Made by a program: the position numbers and the translations under genes
Notes under the pieces: generated by a model
What the model was told of the DNA's origin: nothing
What the model saw: only the letters and a program-made list of their open reading frames with translations
The model's database searches: none
Shown here: piece by piece, positions 25,188 to 37,827 of the stretch
How the letters are laid out: every line of letters starts with the position of its first letter
Position numbering within the stretch: the first letter of the stretch is position 1
Source: Lepidodermella squamata
Taxonomy: Eukaryota; Animalia; Gastrotricha
DNA length: 64,000 nucleotides
Direction: 5' to 3'
Assembly: GCA_047495785.1 (NCBI GenBank)
Contig: JBLDXI010000055.1
Span: 1,612,001 to 1,676,000, forward strand

Positions 25188-26634
25188 CTGTAAAAACAGA
25201 AATTTCTGCGAGGACTTTATTTCTGCGAATGGCCAATTTTTCAGGTAGTTTTAATTTCTGCGGACAAAATTTTTGCGAATGGAAAAACTGAGCTTTTTTC
25301 GGAGAATTCTGATCGCTTCCGGAGGGTTAAAAGTTAAGGTTAGGGTTATGTTGGGGGTGGGTTGCCCTCTGAGAGTGAGCCCTCTTGGCACTTCTACACA
25401 CGAAATTGGAAGAGGATCGGCAACTGACGTTCATAACGTTTAGCTGTTCTTAGCGTAACGCTATTGACTATTGGTCCGGGTCAACTTTCAAAACCCAAAC
25501 CAGCAAAAAGAACAGGTCTAACCCTAAGATGACTCGTGAATATTTTTGGCTTTGAGAGATAGAAAGGTAGCTGTCTTAACTGACATATTGTAATTTGATG
25601 GCGAAGCTATTTTCAAAAAGGATTTCCCCGGTGCTCTCGCCCCTATCAATAGTTTTGAACTCAACGAGCCATGCGCGAGAAGCGTCTGCCGAAGGATGAA
25701 CTCTTATACCAGGAAGGCTGCAAATCAACATTGAGCAAAATCCCTGAGCTTGCATCCGTCGTTTTTTTTCATTTACCGCGAGGTTCACTTGTAGAGATGT
25801 AAACTACGCCCGCCGAGCCTCGAGAAAGTTTTCACTAGAAATTTCGTTTTTCCAACGACAGTTTGAGCACAAATTCTTCTACGAACCCGGGCTTCGAACC
25901 CGTGCATCACTAAAACCCCACTAAAACCTATACTAGTTGCAGTGGCGGAGATAAGAGGTTGTTCGGGGGATGCAAGCGACCGTAAATTACCGTAAGCCGT
26001 AACCCCAAAAATGGACCTTTTTAGCCCCTCTTTAGGCTTTAGGCAAAGAAAGCGCCAAAAGGCTTTCCGAAAAGCCCACAAGTAGGTAAAGCCGAGTACT
26101 GCTATGTGTCTGCTATATTCGGTTGGCTCACATGACAATAATGATGACAAGGCGTTTTTGTGGCGATGAAAAAATACGAAAAATCGAAAAAAACAAACAC
26201 GAGCTGGAGACTTTATTTAAAGTTCCCTGGGGTTTTGAAAAATGAAGTTGTGACCCCCTTACTCAGACTATTTTCCCACCTCGTGCTAGCTTAGCTTATC
26301 CGACTTATTTCCGCCACTGGCTAGTTACCTGTTACCTAGGAACCGGGCCACTTTGCTCATTAAATCTGTGAAATTTTATCCTCTAGGCCATGCTAATTGC
26401 TCTACATACCATGGAAAATGGCTAAGGGGCCCAACCCGGCTAGGTAGCCTGTATTCCCTTGCTTCATATGAAGGGGCATGCAAACTTTCACGAGCCTGAG
26501 CGATTATTGCTTCGTTTTAAGCGAATTCTGAAGAATTAGTGGGACTTAAATTCTGCGAATTTAATTTTTGCGAGTCCAAATTTTCTCGCAGATTCGCAAA
26601 AATTAAGTCCTCGCAGAAATTTCTGTTTTTACAG
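25188..26634. mobile_element. 1447-bp non-autonomous DNA transposon
   Basis: ~43-bp TIRs beginning CTGTAAAAACAGAAATTTCTGCGAGGACTT, TA on both flanks (25186-25187, 26635-26636) and subterminal AATTTYTGCG repeats. No transposase ORF recognised. Confidence 0.85.
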
Positions 26635-26862
26635 TAATCTGCGGATTGTTGGCTTGTCAATCAATCAATCATTTTATTGCTCGATCAAGCCGTGGCCTAA
26701 AAGCGTACAAAGTTTAACATTACTATCTAATAGGAAATTCATTGATGACTCTGAATTCAACTGGAAAAGGAATGACTACTAAGGGGTGTTTTTTTCGTTT
26801 TCGGTCGAGCCAACAAAATAATCATCAAGGGACACGCACGCGCCGCGGCAACTTCTGAAAAA

Positions 26863-26870
26863 TGACGTCA
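26863..26870. promoter_or_regulatory. CRE palindrome TGACGTCA upstream of TIA1
   Basis: Exact palindrome near a GC-rich patch, ~40 nt before a GTGAGT donor (~26911) that probably opens a 5'UTR intron ending at TTTTTTAG 27240. Confidence 0.35.
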
Positions 26871-27296
26871 TCGTCAAAATTTTCATCACAAGCTACCATT
26901 CGGCCTCGATGTGAGTATGTGAGTTATTCTAAAATCTTATTGAGATTACAATTTAATACATTATTACAAAGATTAGTTTTTTGGAATTCGCGCGGCAAAT
27001 TTTTCAGTTTTTTCTTTAAGCTCCGACCTCTGATTCTTGCCGCTTTACGTGAGATCTTCGTTTTTAATCTACCGGCTTGTTTTTTATTCTTGCTAAGAAT
27101 CATCTCTAACATCAAGTTTCTCACTGTTCAAGTGGTTTTTCTATTTTTCGAGCTATTTAATTAGATGCAATCCTCACGGAACATCTCTTGGAGCTTGAGC
27201 TTGTCGAATTCAAACTGATATGAAAGTGGTGCTTTTTTAGGCCCAGATTTATTTTTTCTCATGTTTTAACGTTTTGTTGGAAAAATTTTGTGACAC

Positions 27297-28835
27297 ATGA
27301 ATACTGGAGAAGTACCTCGTACCTTATACGTAGGTAATTTATCGCAAGAAGTAACTGAGGTTCGTCGCTGCTTAGCTAATTTAGTTTGAAAATACTTTGC
27401 CTGCTTCCAACTCACAGGACCTGTTACTTCAAGTTTTCGGTCAATTTGGTGCAGTTAAATCTTGCAAAATCATCAGAGAGGTATGGATGCCATCAAAACC
27501 AATATTTTATTACCAATTTTTATCCTAGCCCGGCCAAGACCCATACGCGTTTATTGAATTCAACGTTTCTAGCGAAGCACAAGCTGCATTGATGTCTATG
27601 AACAAGATTACAATGCTCGACAAGGAACTGCGTGTTAATTGGGCGTCCTCAGGCCAGCATCCCAATCGCGCAGCAGATAATAGTTTGTCGCTCTTGAGCT
27701 TCCTCCGTTCCTCTAATTGGTTTTGCTTTCAGAATGGAACTCTCGAGCGGAGCATTTCCCTATCTTTGTTGGTGATTTGAGTGCGGATATTGACGACCAG
27801 CAGCTAAAGCAACGATTCAGCACTTTTGGCGAAATTGCGTAAGATTATTGTGTTTTAACTAGAAAATAAATAATTATATTTAAACTACCTGACGCAGGGA
27901 TGTGAAAATTGTCAGAGATCCTCATACTATGAAGTCTAAAGGCTATGGTTTTGTTGCTTATCTTCGGAAGCAAGATGCAGAGAACGCCATTCATTCCATG
28001 AATGGTCAGTGGTTGGGCACCCGCACGATTCGAACCAATTGGTAAATTTATGTGCTATTTCGCTCAGTCAAACATTTCTTTCTGCTGACACAGGGCTACT
28101 CGCAAACCAACTCAAGCCGGAGGTATTCGAGAGGTTCAAAAATTGAACTTTGAAGAAGTTTATGCTCAATCGTCCCCTGCAAACATGACTGTCTACGTGG
28201 GCAACAATCTTCAGGGTCTTTCCGAACAATACATTCGCGACAGGATGGAACAATTTGGGCCGATTGTAGAAATTCGCGTTTTTAAGGAGAAGGGCTACGC
28301 CTTTTGCCGCTTCGGCAATAAAATGGCAGCAACTAACGCTATCTGTGAGATGAATGGAGAGGATTTTAATGGACAGAGTATTAAATGCGCATGGGGTAAA
28401 GAAACGGGTGATATGTCCGGTGGTATGATGGGCATGCAATCAGTGTCACCTATGATGGGTGGTCGTCCCAGTTACGGCCAGCCAAACATGAACATGCAGC
28501 AGGTTCCTCAGCAGTACGGCATGCAAGGCCAAGTTCACCCCCAACATCAGCAGCAACAGCAGCAACAACAGCAACCTCAACAGCCTGTGGCATACGCCGC
28601 CTATGGCTCACCTTACGCTTCGTACTACCAGTATGCTGCATACGCTTCGAGCCCAGAGTGGCAGCAACAAATGCAGCAGTGGCAACAGTACTACAACGCC
28701 TATTCCCAACAACAGCCCGGTGTTGCGACTTCTCCGTCTAGCGGTGGCTGGGGTGCCGCTCCTCCTGGTGGCTATCCAACGGCGGCGAATGGCGCGGCCG
28801 TGGGTGGCCCTGCTGCTACCCAGCATTACGAGTAA
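27297..28835 (+). CDS. TIA1: TIA-1/TIAR nucleolysin family RNA-binding protein (3 RRMs plus Q/Y-rich prion-like tail)
   Basis: [91 protein letters not shown] and IKCAWGKE. Confidence 0.94.
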
Positions 28836-29689
28836 AACATTCGATTGACTACAAGGAGAAATCCTAATCTGAGTGTTTCTGTGTGTATTTACATGTCGAT
28901 GTGTCCTATAAACTAACCTAAAAATACCTATTGCTTGCGGCTAACTTGAGCGGCTAAGCGCGTCTAACGCGAACTGCCGGCGTCACGTTAACACTCTAAA
29001 AAATGTTACCCTGTTTGTTGAGCTTTGTGAAGCTCGCAATAGTGTTGCCAATACTGCTGCGCCTTTGCTCACTATCTTTTCAACGGTAAAAGAGACCCGT
29101 GAAATATGATCGATCGAACGAATGAATAAAGCAATGGTTTGCGGTATCAAGTTGTAATGTAGTTGAGAAAGTACCTGTACATATCATATTCCTATTCTGA
29201 AACACTGGTGATGTTAAGCGGTGGTGATTTGTGCACCCGCGTTATTTTTCCCGTGACACACAACGCATGCACACTGAATTTGGCTTTCTTTATAGCTGAT
29301 GATCACGCATACACATTGTTGTATATAAAAATATCAGAAAATATATTATTATATATTAATTTTGAAAATGAGATATCATCGACTTTGAAGAGGTAGTGAG
29401 AGAAATTCTTTGTATGTCGCCGCGCCTAAACTATGGTATCACTGTCAAATTTACTATTGATAGATCTATGTAGCATAATGAATGCGTGCTGGCCGCTAAA
29501 GTGGCTTGTGAATCTGTCTCTAATCTACGTAACAAAATTCACGTATTGCAAAATATTATATATCAATTTGAATGTGATCAGATAAGACTAATATTACAGC
29601 AGAACAATATTGCCCCGAAAAAGATGAAATATGATGGAAAAAATTATAGCTGACTGCAATTATTTATATTTTCTCCCGTAGGTCAAATT

Positions 29690-32357
29690 ATGACTTCGGA
29701 AAATCCTGTTCTGAGCATTTTCAAGAACATGTCTTACGGTCCCGCACCCGAAGCAGACAATGTGGCTCAAGCGTGGCTGAACGAACATCAGCGTGCATTC
29801 GGCCATTTCATCAACAACAAGTGGCACAAACCCGAGGGCCGCAAGACGTACCAGGCGAAGAACCCGTCGAATGGGTCAGTTCTTGCTTCAACTATACAAG
29901 GTACCCAGGAGGACGTCGACCTGGCTGTTTCTGCTGCGAACGAGGCCGCTAAATCGTGGGCCGCTCTGCCGGGCCACGTCCGCGCTCGACACATCTATTC
30001 GATCGCGAGGCATGTCCAGAAGCATCTTCGCCTGTTTTCGGTTATAGAGTCTTTAGACAATGGAAAATGCATGCGGGAAACACGAGACTGCGATATTCCG
30101 CTGGTCGTTCGTCATTTGTACTACCATGCCGGCTGGGCTCAGCTGATGGACGATGAGTTTCATGGCAAGTGGAAACCTGTAGGCGTAGTCGGTGCTATCG
30201 TCCCTTGGAACTTCCCGCTCATGCTAATGACCTGGAAGGTTTGCCCCGCTCTTGCCATGGGCAATACCGTAGTATTGAAACCAGCCACTTACACGCGGCT
30301 GTCGGCTCTTCTATTCGCCGAGGTTTGCGCCGAAGCCGGTTTGCCGCCGGGTGTTTTCAACGTGATAACTGGTGATGGCGCGATGGGATCAATGCTGGCG
30401 GGACACAACGATGTCGACAAAGTTGCTTTCACCGGGTCGACCGAAGTTGGCCAAAAACTGCGTCGTCTAATCGCGGGTTCTGGGAAGAAGTTGTCGCTCG
30501 AGCTCGGCGGCAAAAGCCCGATGGTTGTTTACGACTCTGGTTAGTCCTTGTAACTCTTGTCAGGTCTGATAACTTATCTCATTTTTTTCTCAGCTGACTT
30601 GGATTCTGCTGCTGAGGGTGTTATGGACGCGATATTCTTCAACCAAGGTCAAGTTTGCTGCGCTGGATCAAGGCTTCTTGTTCAAGAGACAGTGTATGAC
30701 AAGCTGGTGGAGAAAATCAAGCGCCGTCTTGGCACTTTCCGTGTAGGCGATTCACTCGATAAAACCGTCGAAATGGGCGCGATTGTTGATGAATCGCAAT
30801 GGAAGTCGGTCGAGGAGGTTTGTAGATCTTGTTTGCCTTGTTTTTTGTTCAAATATCATCGTTTCACAGTATGTTCAATCGGCTCGCGAAGAAGGCGCTA
30901 ATGTTTTTCAAGCGTGGGACGCATTGCCCGAATCGGCTCGTCCGACTAAAGAAGAGTTGGCCAGTGGTAAATTTGTGCCGAAAGGCAAAGGCTTGTTCTA
31001 TCCACCGACGGTCATCACCAACGTCCAAACGATTTCCAAGGTCGTTCAAGAAGAAATCTTCGGCCCCGTCCTCGTTGTTCTGTCTTTCCGAACTGCGAAA
31101 GAATCGATCGCTCTTGCGAACAACACTCGGTACGGGCTCGGTGCCAGTGTTTGGACCGAAAACGTCTCGCTTGGCTTGGAGGCGTGCGTCTCAATCAAGG
31201 CCGGCACTGTTTGGCTCAACTGTCACAACACATTCGACGCCGCTGCTGGCTTTGGCGGTTACAAGCAGTCAGGCTACGGGCGGGATGGCGGCAAGGAAGG
31301 GCTGATTGAGTACATCAAACCTGCGTGGGAGGAGAATTACCGGGGCGGTGGGGCTTGCAAGGGCATCAGCGTTGACTTGGCGAAATTCGGCTCGGTCAGC
31401 CAGTCCGGACCTACGTACCAGGGTAACGCCAGCTCGGTTATCAGCAACGCCACTGTCCTTGCTTCAGACGGCGAGAAAAAGACCGAAGTACCGTCTGTTG
31501 ACAAGACCTATAAACTATTCTACGGTGGCAAGCAAATGCGACCCGATGCTCCGTACTCCCGGGCTATTCGCAACCCGCTATCCGGCGCTGTTGTCGGCCA
31601 TGTTGGCGATGGAAATCGCAAAGATGTGAGAAACGCCGTCGAGGCAGCCTTAGGGGCAGCACCTGGTTGGGGAAAACGCGCGGCTTTCAATCGATCGCAA
31701 ATCATTTACTACCTGGCTGAAAACTTGGAAGAAAGACGCACCGAATTCGCGGCCAAGTTATCGGCTATGACCGGCGAACCAGAGGCGAAGTCGCTTCGAG
31801 AGGTCGACTTGTCCATCCAGCGATTGTTTTACTGGGCAGCGTACGCTGACAAGTATGGCGGCGAAGTTCAAGAGACGACTCTGTACGGTTGCACAGTGAA
31901 AATTCACGAACCCGTTGGAGTTGTTGGCATCACCTGCCCCGATGAATACCCGCTGCTCGCCTTCGTTTCCTTACTTGCGCCAGCTATTGTTCGTGCCAAT
32001 ACTGTCATCATCACGCCTAGTGAGAAATTCCCACTAGCCGCACTCGAGTTTTACCAGGTGCTTGAAACAAGCGATGTTCCGCCTGGCGTTGTTAACATTT
32101 TAACCGGTCAACGTGATCACATCACTAAATACTTGGCCGAACACCAGAACGTTGACGCTTGCTGGTATTTCGGCTCAGCTGAAGGTTCGAAATTTGTCGA
32201 GACCGCGGCGGCTGAAAATTTGAAGCGGACCTGGGTCAACTTTGGTCGAACTCGGGCTTGGGACAGCAACGAGCAGGGCCAAGGTTTGGAGTTCCTCTAC
32301 CATTCTGTGCAAGTGAAAAATATTTGGATTCCTATGGGCGAAATTTTCGCCAACTAA
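29690..32357 (+). CDS. ALDH16A1: Aldehyde dehydrogenase family 16 (extended ALDH, ~853 aa; exons 29690-30539, 30594-30817, 30870-32357)
   Basis: MSYGPAPE N-terminus; full ALDH domain (PWNFP, LKPA, FTGS, LELGGKSP, FFNQGQVCCAGSR, EEIFGP); then a second truncated ALDH-like domain (VDKTYKLFYGGKQMRPD...KNIWIPMGEIFAN). Confidence 0.88.
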
Positions 32358-32638
32358 ATGCCGGTTCTTGCAGGTGCTTGACAAAATGTGCTAATAATTT
32401 ACTAATGACGAACGTGTTGTGATTTTTGTTTTCTTCGATCGTAACCAATCAGTGATATTTTTGCGATTTTTCGGGAACTTGAATAAAATTAATCATGAAT
32501 GAAATATCGACGTTTCGAATAATATATTCGGTGCAGATCAACATTCGACGGAGCTAATGAAAGAATCTCGTTTTATTGCTGACTTTGATTGGGCACATAT
32601 TGTTCAATTACCATTCAATATAAAACAAATTAAAAAAG

Positions 32639-34603
32639 CTATGCATCGACAGCACTTAGTAGGGACGGCGGGGACGAGGCTTGTTGCTGATGCCGCCGCG
32701 CCTTATCCCGCCGGTTTTCTCTTGCAGGGCCGCTACTCCTAACAGCGGTTGAATCAGCTGAACATGCAGCATGTGAGCTGTTGTCGATGGGAACGGCGTC
32801 TCCAGCAACGCCTCCGTGAGCAGTCTCGCCAGCACTCGATGCTTCAATTTCTAGAACAGGTGCACTTTGGGGGGACAATTGTAACGAAGCGGCGCGGTTT
32901 CTCACCATCAACAAAGGCCCGCTTTGTTCCGCAGGTGCCGCTGTAACCGCAGCTGGAGCACCGCCGTCGCTGACCACCTCGCGAATCGGCCGATCAGTAT
33001 GCCCACCCAACTTGAGAATGTACTCCTGGCCGCGCCAGAACACGCGCCGGCTTAACAGGCTTGCCAAGTGAAGGAAAGGGGCACTTAGCTCCCGGATAAG
33101 CCACGCCAGGAGGAATGCGAACTTGGGAAATGTCAACGACTGCTTCTAGAAAAAATAATCATTTGGAGAGGGAGACTTTTGCTACTGAATTAAATTACGT
33201 TAATCGCTGTTAAAAGCAGAAAATCGCCAATAAACCACGCCAGGCAATGGGCAAGAAACGGTGCCCAGAACGGCAGCGTCGGCACAACACGGCACAAGGC
33301 GAGTGAGCCGACGAGGCCGCATATGATGCATTCGCTGAACGGGTCGACGAATACGAGCACCGGCGAAGTTGTCTGCCTCAGTCGCTTCCATCGAATAATG
33401 CGCGTGAAGACATCGATAATAGACGTTGATGCCGGATTTTGCAATGCTAGCCGATTCCCGAGCTTATGCTTCCAGCCTTTTTTCGACAGTGCCAAGCCAA
33501 TGTGCAGGTCCTCGGCGAGATAGCAGCCAAACGCGCGCAGTCCACCACACTCTTCGAGGGCGCACTTCCGAATCAACATGGCTGCGCTTACGGTAATTGT
33601 AAATCGCAGAAATGTCAGAAACAGAATTCCCTTTGCATTTTGCGTGCCGAAAAACACCTTGTTGACAACTGAACCCAAGCTGAATCGTTTGGAAGTTGAA
33701 TCTTTGACGAAGTGCATCTGGCAAACTGTTCCAACATTGGGCCCCATATGACTCACAGCGTCCAACAGGGTCTCCGGTTCGGCTGGCAATACGAACTTGC
33801 ATGACACCGGTAATTCCGGGAAGAAATAAAACCTACCTTCAATATTGCAGTCAGAAATGAAGACTAGATCGTATTTGGCCGATTCGTAGGCTGGCAGAAT
33901 ATTGCGGATTTTAGGATTAATAATCGATGAAGTGTCATAGGACGCGACAATGTGGGGCGTCATCGCCATCGGTGTTGCTTTCTTTTGCTGCTCGACGTCC
34001 ATGTAGGATGGCGTCGGGGACAGTTGCATTTTGTAAATTGGTATGCCAAGTTGGCGCTTACCGCCACTAACCACCAACTTGGCATCGACTCCAGGGTATT
34101 TCTGTAATAAAGCGTTCACCACCGGAACGGCTGTATCATCGATATCGTGGACGCAAAATAGGAGTTCGAACTATCATAAAAAAATAGATCATGAGCCTCG
34201 CAGAAGTAAAATTGATAATAGAAAAACTGACCACAGGATAGCGAAGTTTGAACCAAGACTCTAGATTCTGATATAGCACTTCATCGCTCCCAGTCAATGG
34301 CTTGAGGATGCTAACCCCAGGCCATACTTGCAGTAACGGATCGGCGCCAGTTAGAACCGGTTGGTAATTGGTTACTGGTTCGCCCTCTTTTGTTTTGACT
34401 AAATCTTTTGTGCCATTCGCCTGGATCCAGGTAAGTCTACGGAAATATGATCGGCCATCAAAGATAAATACATCGTGTGGGTATTATCATCTGACTTACG
34501 CAATAATAATGGAAGTGAGAAATCCTATCCACATGAGTAACCAAAAAGCGACGAAGAACCACGCAAAGAGGTCGACGACAGCCGCGCTTTGATCGATGAC
34601 CAT
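32639..34603 (-). CDS. UGCG: Ceramide glucosyltransferase-like, paralog 2 (GT21)
   Basis: N-terminal TM helix, then PGVSILKPL, FELLFCVHD, INPKIRN, YESAKYDLVFISD, GGLRAFGCYLAEDL, RIIRWKRLR, PFSEC and VFWRGQEYIL, plus a long Ala/Ser-rich C-tail. A small upstream exon starting at ATG 34685 is possible. Confidence 0.9.
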
Positions 34604-37600
34604 TGCTCAAGTCGGTTAGGTAAATTGGATATTATATCGGCTTTTTTGCGGTTATGGCACCTGGTTCAGCCATCGGTTCGCTCATGAAGGAGAGGCGTTC
34701 GTGCCATTGAGAAAAAAAAACATGGCACGTTTTACGCATCCGGTGGGCGAACTTGGGGTCTACGGTCACGCACGTAGTCAGTTGATTGCTTCACTACGAA
34801 TCGCTAATAATATTTATATTAGTACGTTATCGCTTATTGTTTACAGTGATATATCATCTATAGTTGGAGGCAATTGCTTCCGCGCAACCATTTCCCGGGC
34901 GATGACATCACAAGAAAAAAGCAAGTGGCTTAGTATTGTACCTGGCCTTAGCCGTTGTATGCTAGATATCTGCTCTGCGAACTGTATTTTTATAGGACGC
35001 TGTCATCGGCGAAAAAACCAAAGCTTCTGCGTCAAATCGGGCGCAGCACGCGAAACTTCTTGGCGTGCGTCATTGTTCTAATTACCGTGCTATTATCTCA
35101 GCTTTTATTTTTAGCTCATCCTCAGCACTGCTAGACAATGGCGTGGTGACGGAATTAACATCGCCAATATTTACTTGGGTGCTTCTTGCGAAGCGGGTAA
35201 TTATTGCCGCCCGGCTTTGTAATCCGCTATATCGTGCTCAACAAACTACGTCTAGCCGTCATGCCAGGCTTTCCTTGGTTTCTTGCGATGAACAAGGCGC
35301 GGCGCAGCTTAGCGTAATTGTGCGATGCTACCTGGAGCAGCTACCGAGTCAATAGGCAATAAACTGGAGCAAGCGTTGCTTTCTTGCCAGGCCACGCCTT
35401 GCAATGTTAATTCGAAACAAAAGTGAGCTGACTTATTTTACCAAAAAAACACATGACCTTGTTACTGCGCGAATGTTTTTATTACAGATACAATAACATA
35501 CAATATTATAAGCATTAACTGTTATCATATTTAATCAATAAATCATAACTATTTCGATAATTTTTGGAGCCAGGTGTTTCACTCCGCCATCATCTTCATC
35601 ATCATATAAGACTTTGGAGAAATAAGAAAAATACTCGGAAATAATAATAATGCTGAACAGATTGATGATACATGATGATTCGCCATGATAACTTTGATAA
35701 TCTGTTCCACAATAAAATCCTTTCAACCACCAAACTGCGATCTTCCGTTTAACCAGACATCAATAACACCGACGACAATAATAATAAAAATAGCTAGTAA
35801 GCGAAACGAGGCTAAACGCTATCGCTATACTGCGAATATCGTCTTCGAATAGCGATAGAGCCGTTCGTCAACGGCAATGCTTATATACACGAATTGTCTT
35901 TGGTCAATCTAGCATAGTATACGCCCGAATATTTGCTATGAATAGTAAGGAAAGAAAAGGCAAAACTATTTACAACGACACTGCTGGCAAGGATCGTTGG
36001 CAGAACGGAGCAAATAACAATATGGCATATCATCACAGCTGAAAACTTCGAGCTATATAGTATATCGGGCGGGTGTATAGAAGATAATTTTACCCGATCA
36101 ATTGTACGACGCAAGATTTAACATTGCGGCAAGAAGATAACGGCTACAGCAAAAAGTACTTAGTCCTTGTTTGCATTTTCTTGCCGAATAGATTCCTCGG
36201 ATATAAGTAAAGCTCAACGTAATTCTACAAAATAACGAGGTAAAACACTAACGATAAGTCTCAGTATTAAAACATTTTAAAGCTGTCAACCGAAGATTAT
36301 CAGTTAATAAACAAGTTCAGAATAATACTTGGGCGGCGATGCGCGACGGCTTATATACTGTTATTGTTTGTAAAATCGATTCACGCAGATAATTAAACCG
36401 TACGATGCCAAAATAGAAGAATTCAACAGCCAGAGGCAACTCTGAAAAAACGGGAGCTAAGCTATCATTATGCATGTCTCTGTATTACTGCTTAAGTATG
36501 TCTCCTCTTCGATTCGTTTTGAATTAAATAGCATATAGAAAGCGTTTTGCAGCTTTGAAGATGTGATTTTAGGAATCAATGAAAAGAAAGAAAAACCAAG
36601 AACAACAGCAGCAACAACAAGCGTCAAAACAACAATAAAAACAACATGGCATTTGTTGGTGACGAGAAAAGTACGGCGAAATGCCACTACTTACAGATCA
36701 TGTGGTGTCCAGATCGGTGCCGGGTGCGCGTGTGCGGTTTAGCGTCAATTATTCGAACATTCTCTCGGGAGGCAAAATGTGAGCGATAAAGAGGATCGAA
36801 CTTATCCAAGTCACGGCCTAACTTAAAACTGTTTTCGATTATGGTGAATCAAGATTCGATAGAAGTGATTGAAAAGCATGTGAAGCGTAATATATTATCG
36901 AAAGTTGCGAAAAAAACAAACAAGATGTGAAGTGGTGTAGGAAAAGTCGAGTGTCAGTATTATTAATATTATTATTGGTCGATGTTAGCGTCGGATTTTT
37001 TTTCTATTTCCCTCAGATCGCGTTTTATACAATGATGAAAAACCGATGGTTAATGAATGAGTGAAAAAGAGCTAAACAATTACAAGTTGTTTCGATTGAT
37101 AAAAGAAGAAAAGTCTTTTAAAGAACGCATCACAGCAATTGCTCATCGATAAATCATTGATGACATCGGCTAAAAAAGTATATAGCATCAATCAATCTCT
37201 TATACATCATCTTTTATCAATAAACTTTAGTCACATTTTGTAGTTTTGAATAAATTTTCTTAGCTTTGTTAAAGAGGCAAGAAAGGTTTAAATGGTTGAA
37301 ACGCATCTCATCTCATGAAAGGAAGGCCAGTTTCAATTTGTTTTTGTTCGATACTTTGCTGTTTTGAAAAGAAGACGCGCATACACTCGCTCATTGATCA
37401 ATCACGGCGGCGATAATGATAGGCAGCAAAAGAAAGGTTGAACCGAACTAGAAGTTTTTTTTTTTACGCAAATGAAAGATACGAACGCTGCCGTCATTGC
37501 GCCGATAAAGGTCCCACAAGAGTAAGCAAGCGATTAGAGTAAGCAAGAACTAGCTCACCACCTTGATAAAACGCGTCGATTATTATATAGGTAGCATCAT

Positions 37601-37827
37601 CAACAGAAACCACATACATCTGTAAAAGGCTAAAGATTTAGGCCAATATTTATATATATATATAGGTAAATAAGTACAGCGTAAAGATGATAGAAGTTGA
37701 TAAAATCTTTGTTAACAATAAATGCAGCTTTGACACGCTCCCATCATTGTCAGACATACATTATATAGCTATAATTATCTAAATATAAATGCGTTAATAG
37801 CTCGATCGCAATATCAGGTCGCCGCGT

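Noticed and set aside
29690-32357. Recent bacterial horizontal transfer of the ALDH
   Set aside because: Bacterial-like ALDH16 is known in animals, and this gene has spliceosomal introns; nothing here indicates a recent transfer.
35555-35590. Sm-site-like AATTTTTGGAG as part of an snRNA or SL RNA gene
   Set aside because: No recognisable snRNA or leader-plus-donor context, and it is expected by chance in AT-rich sequence.
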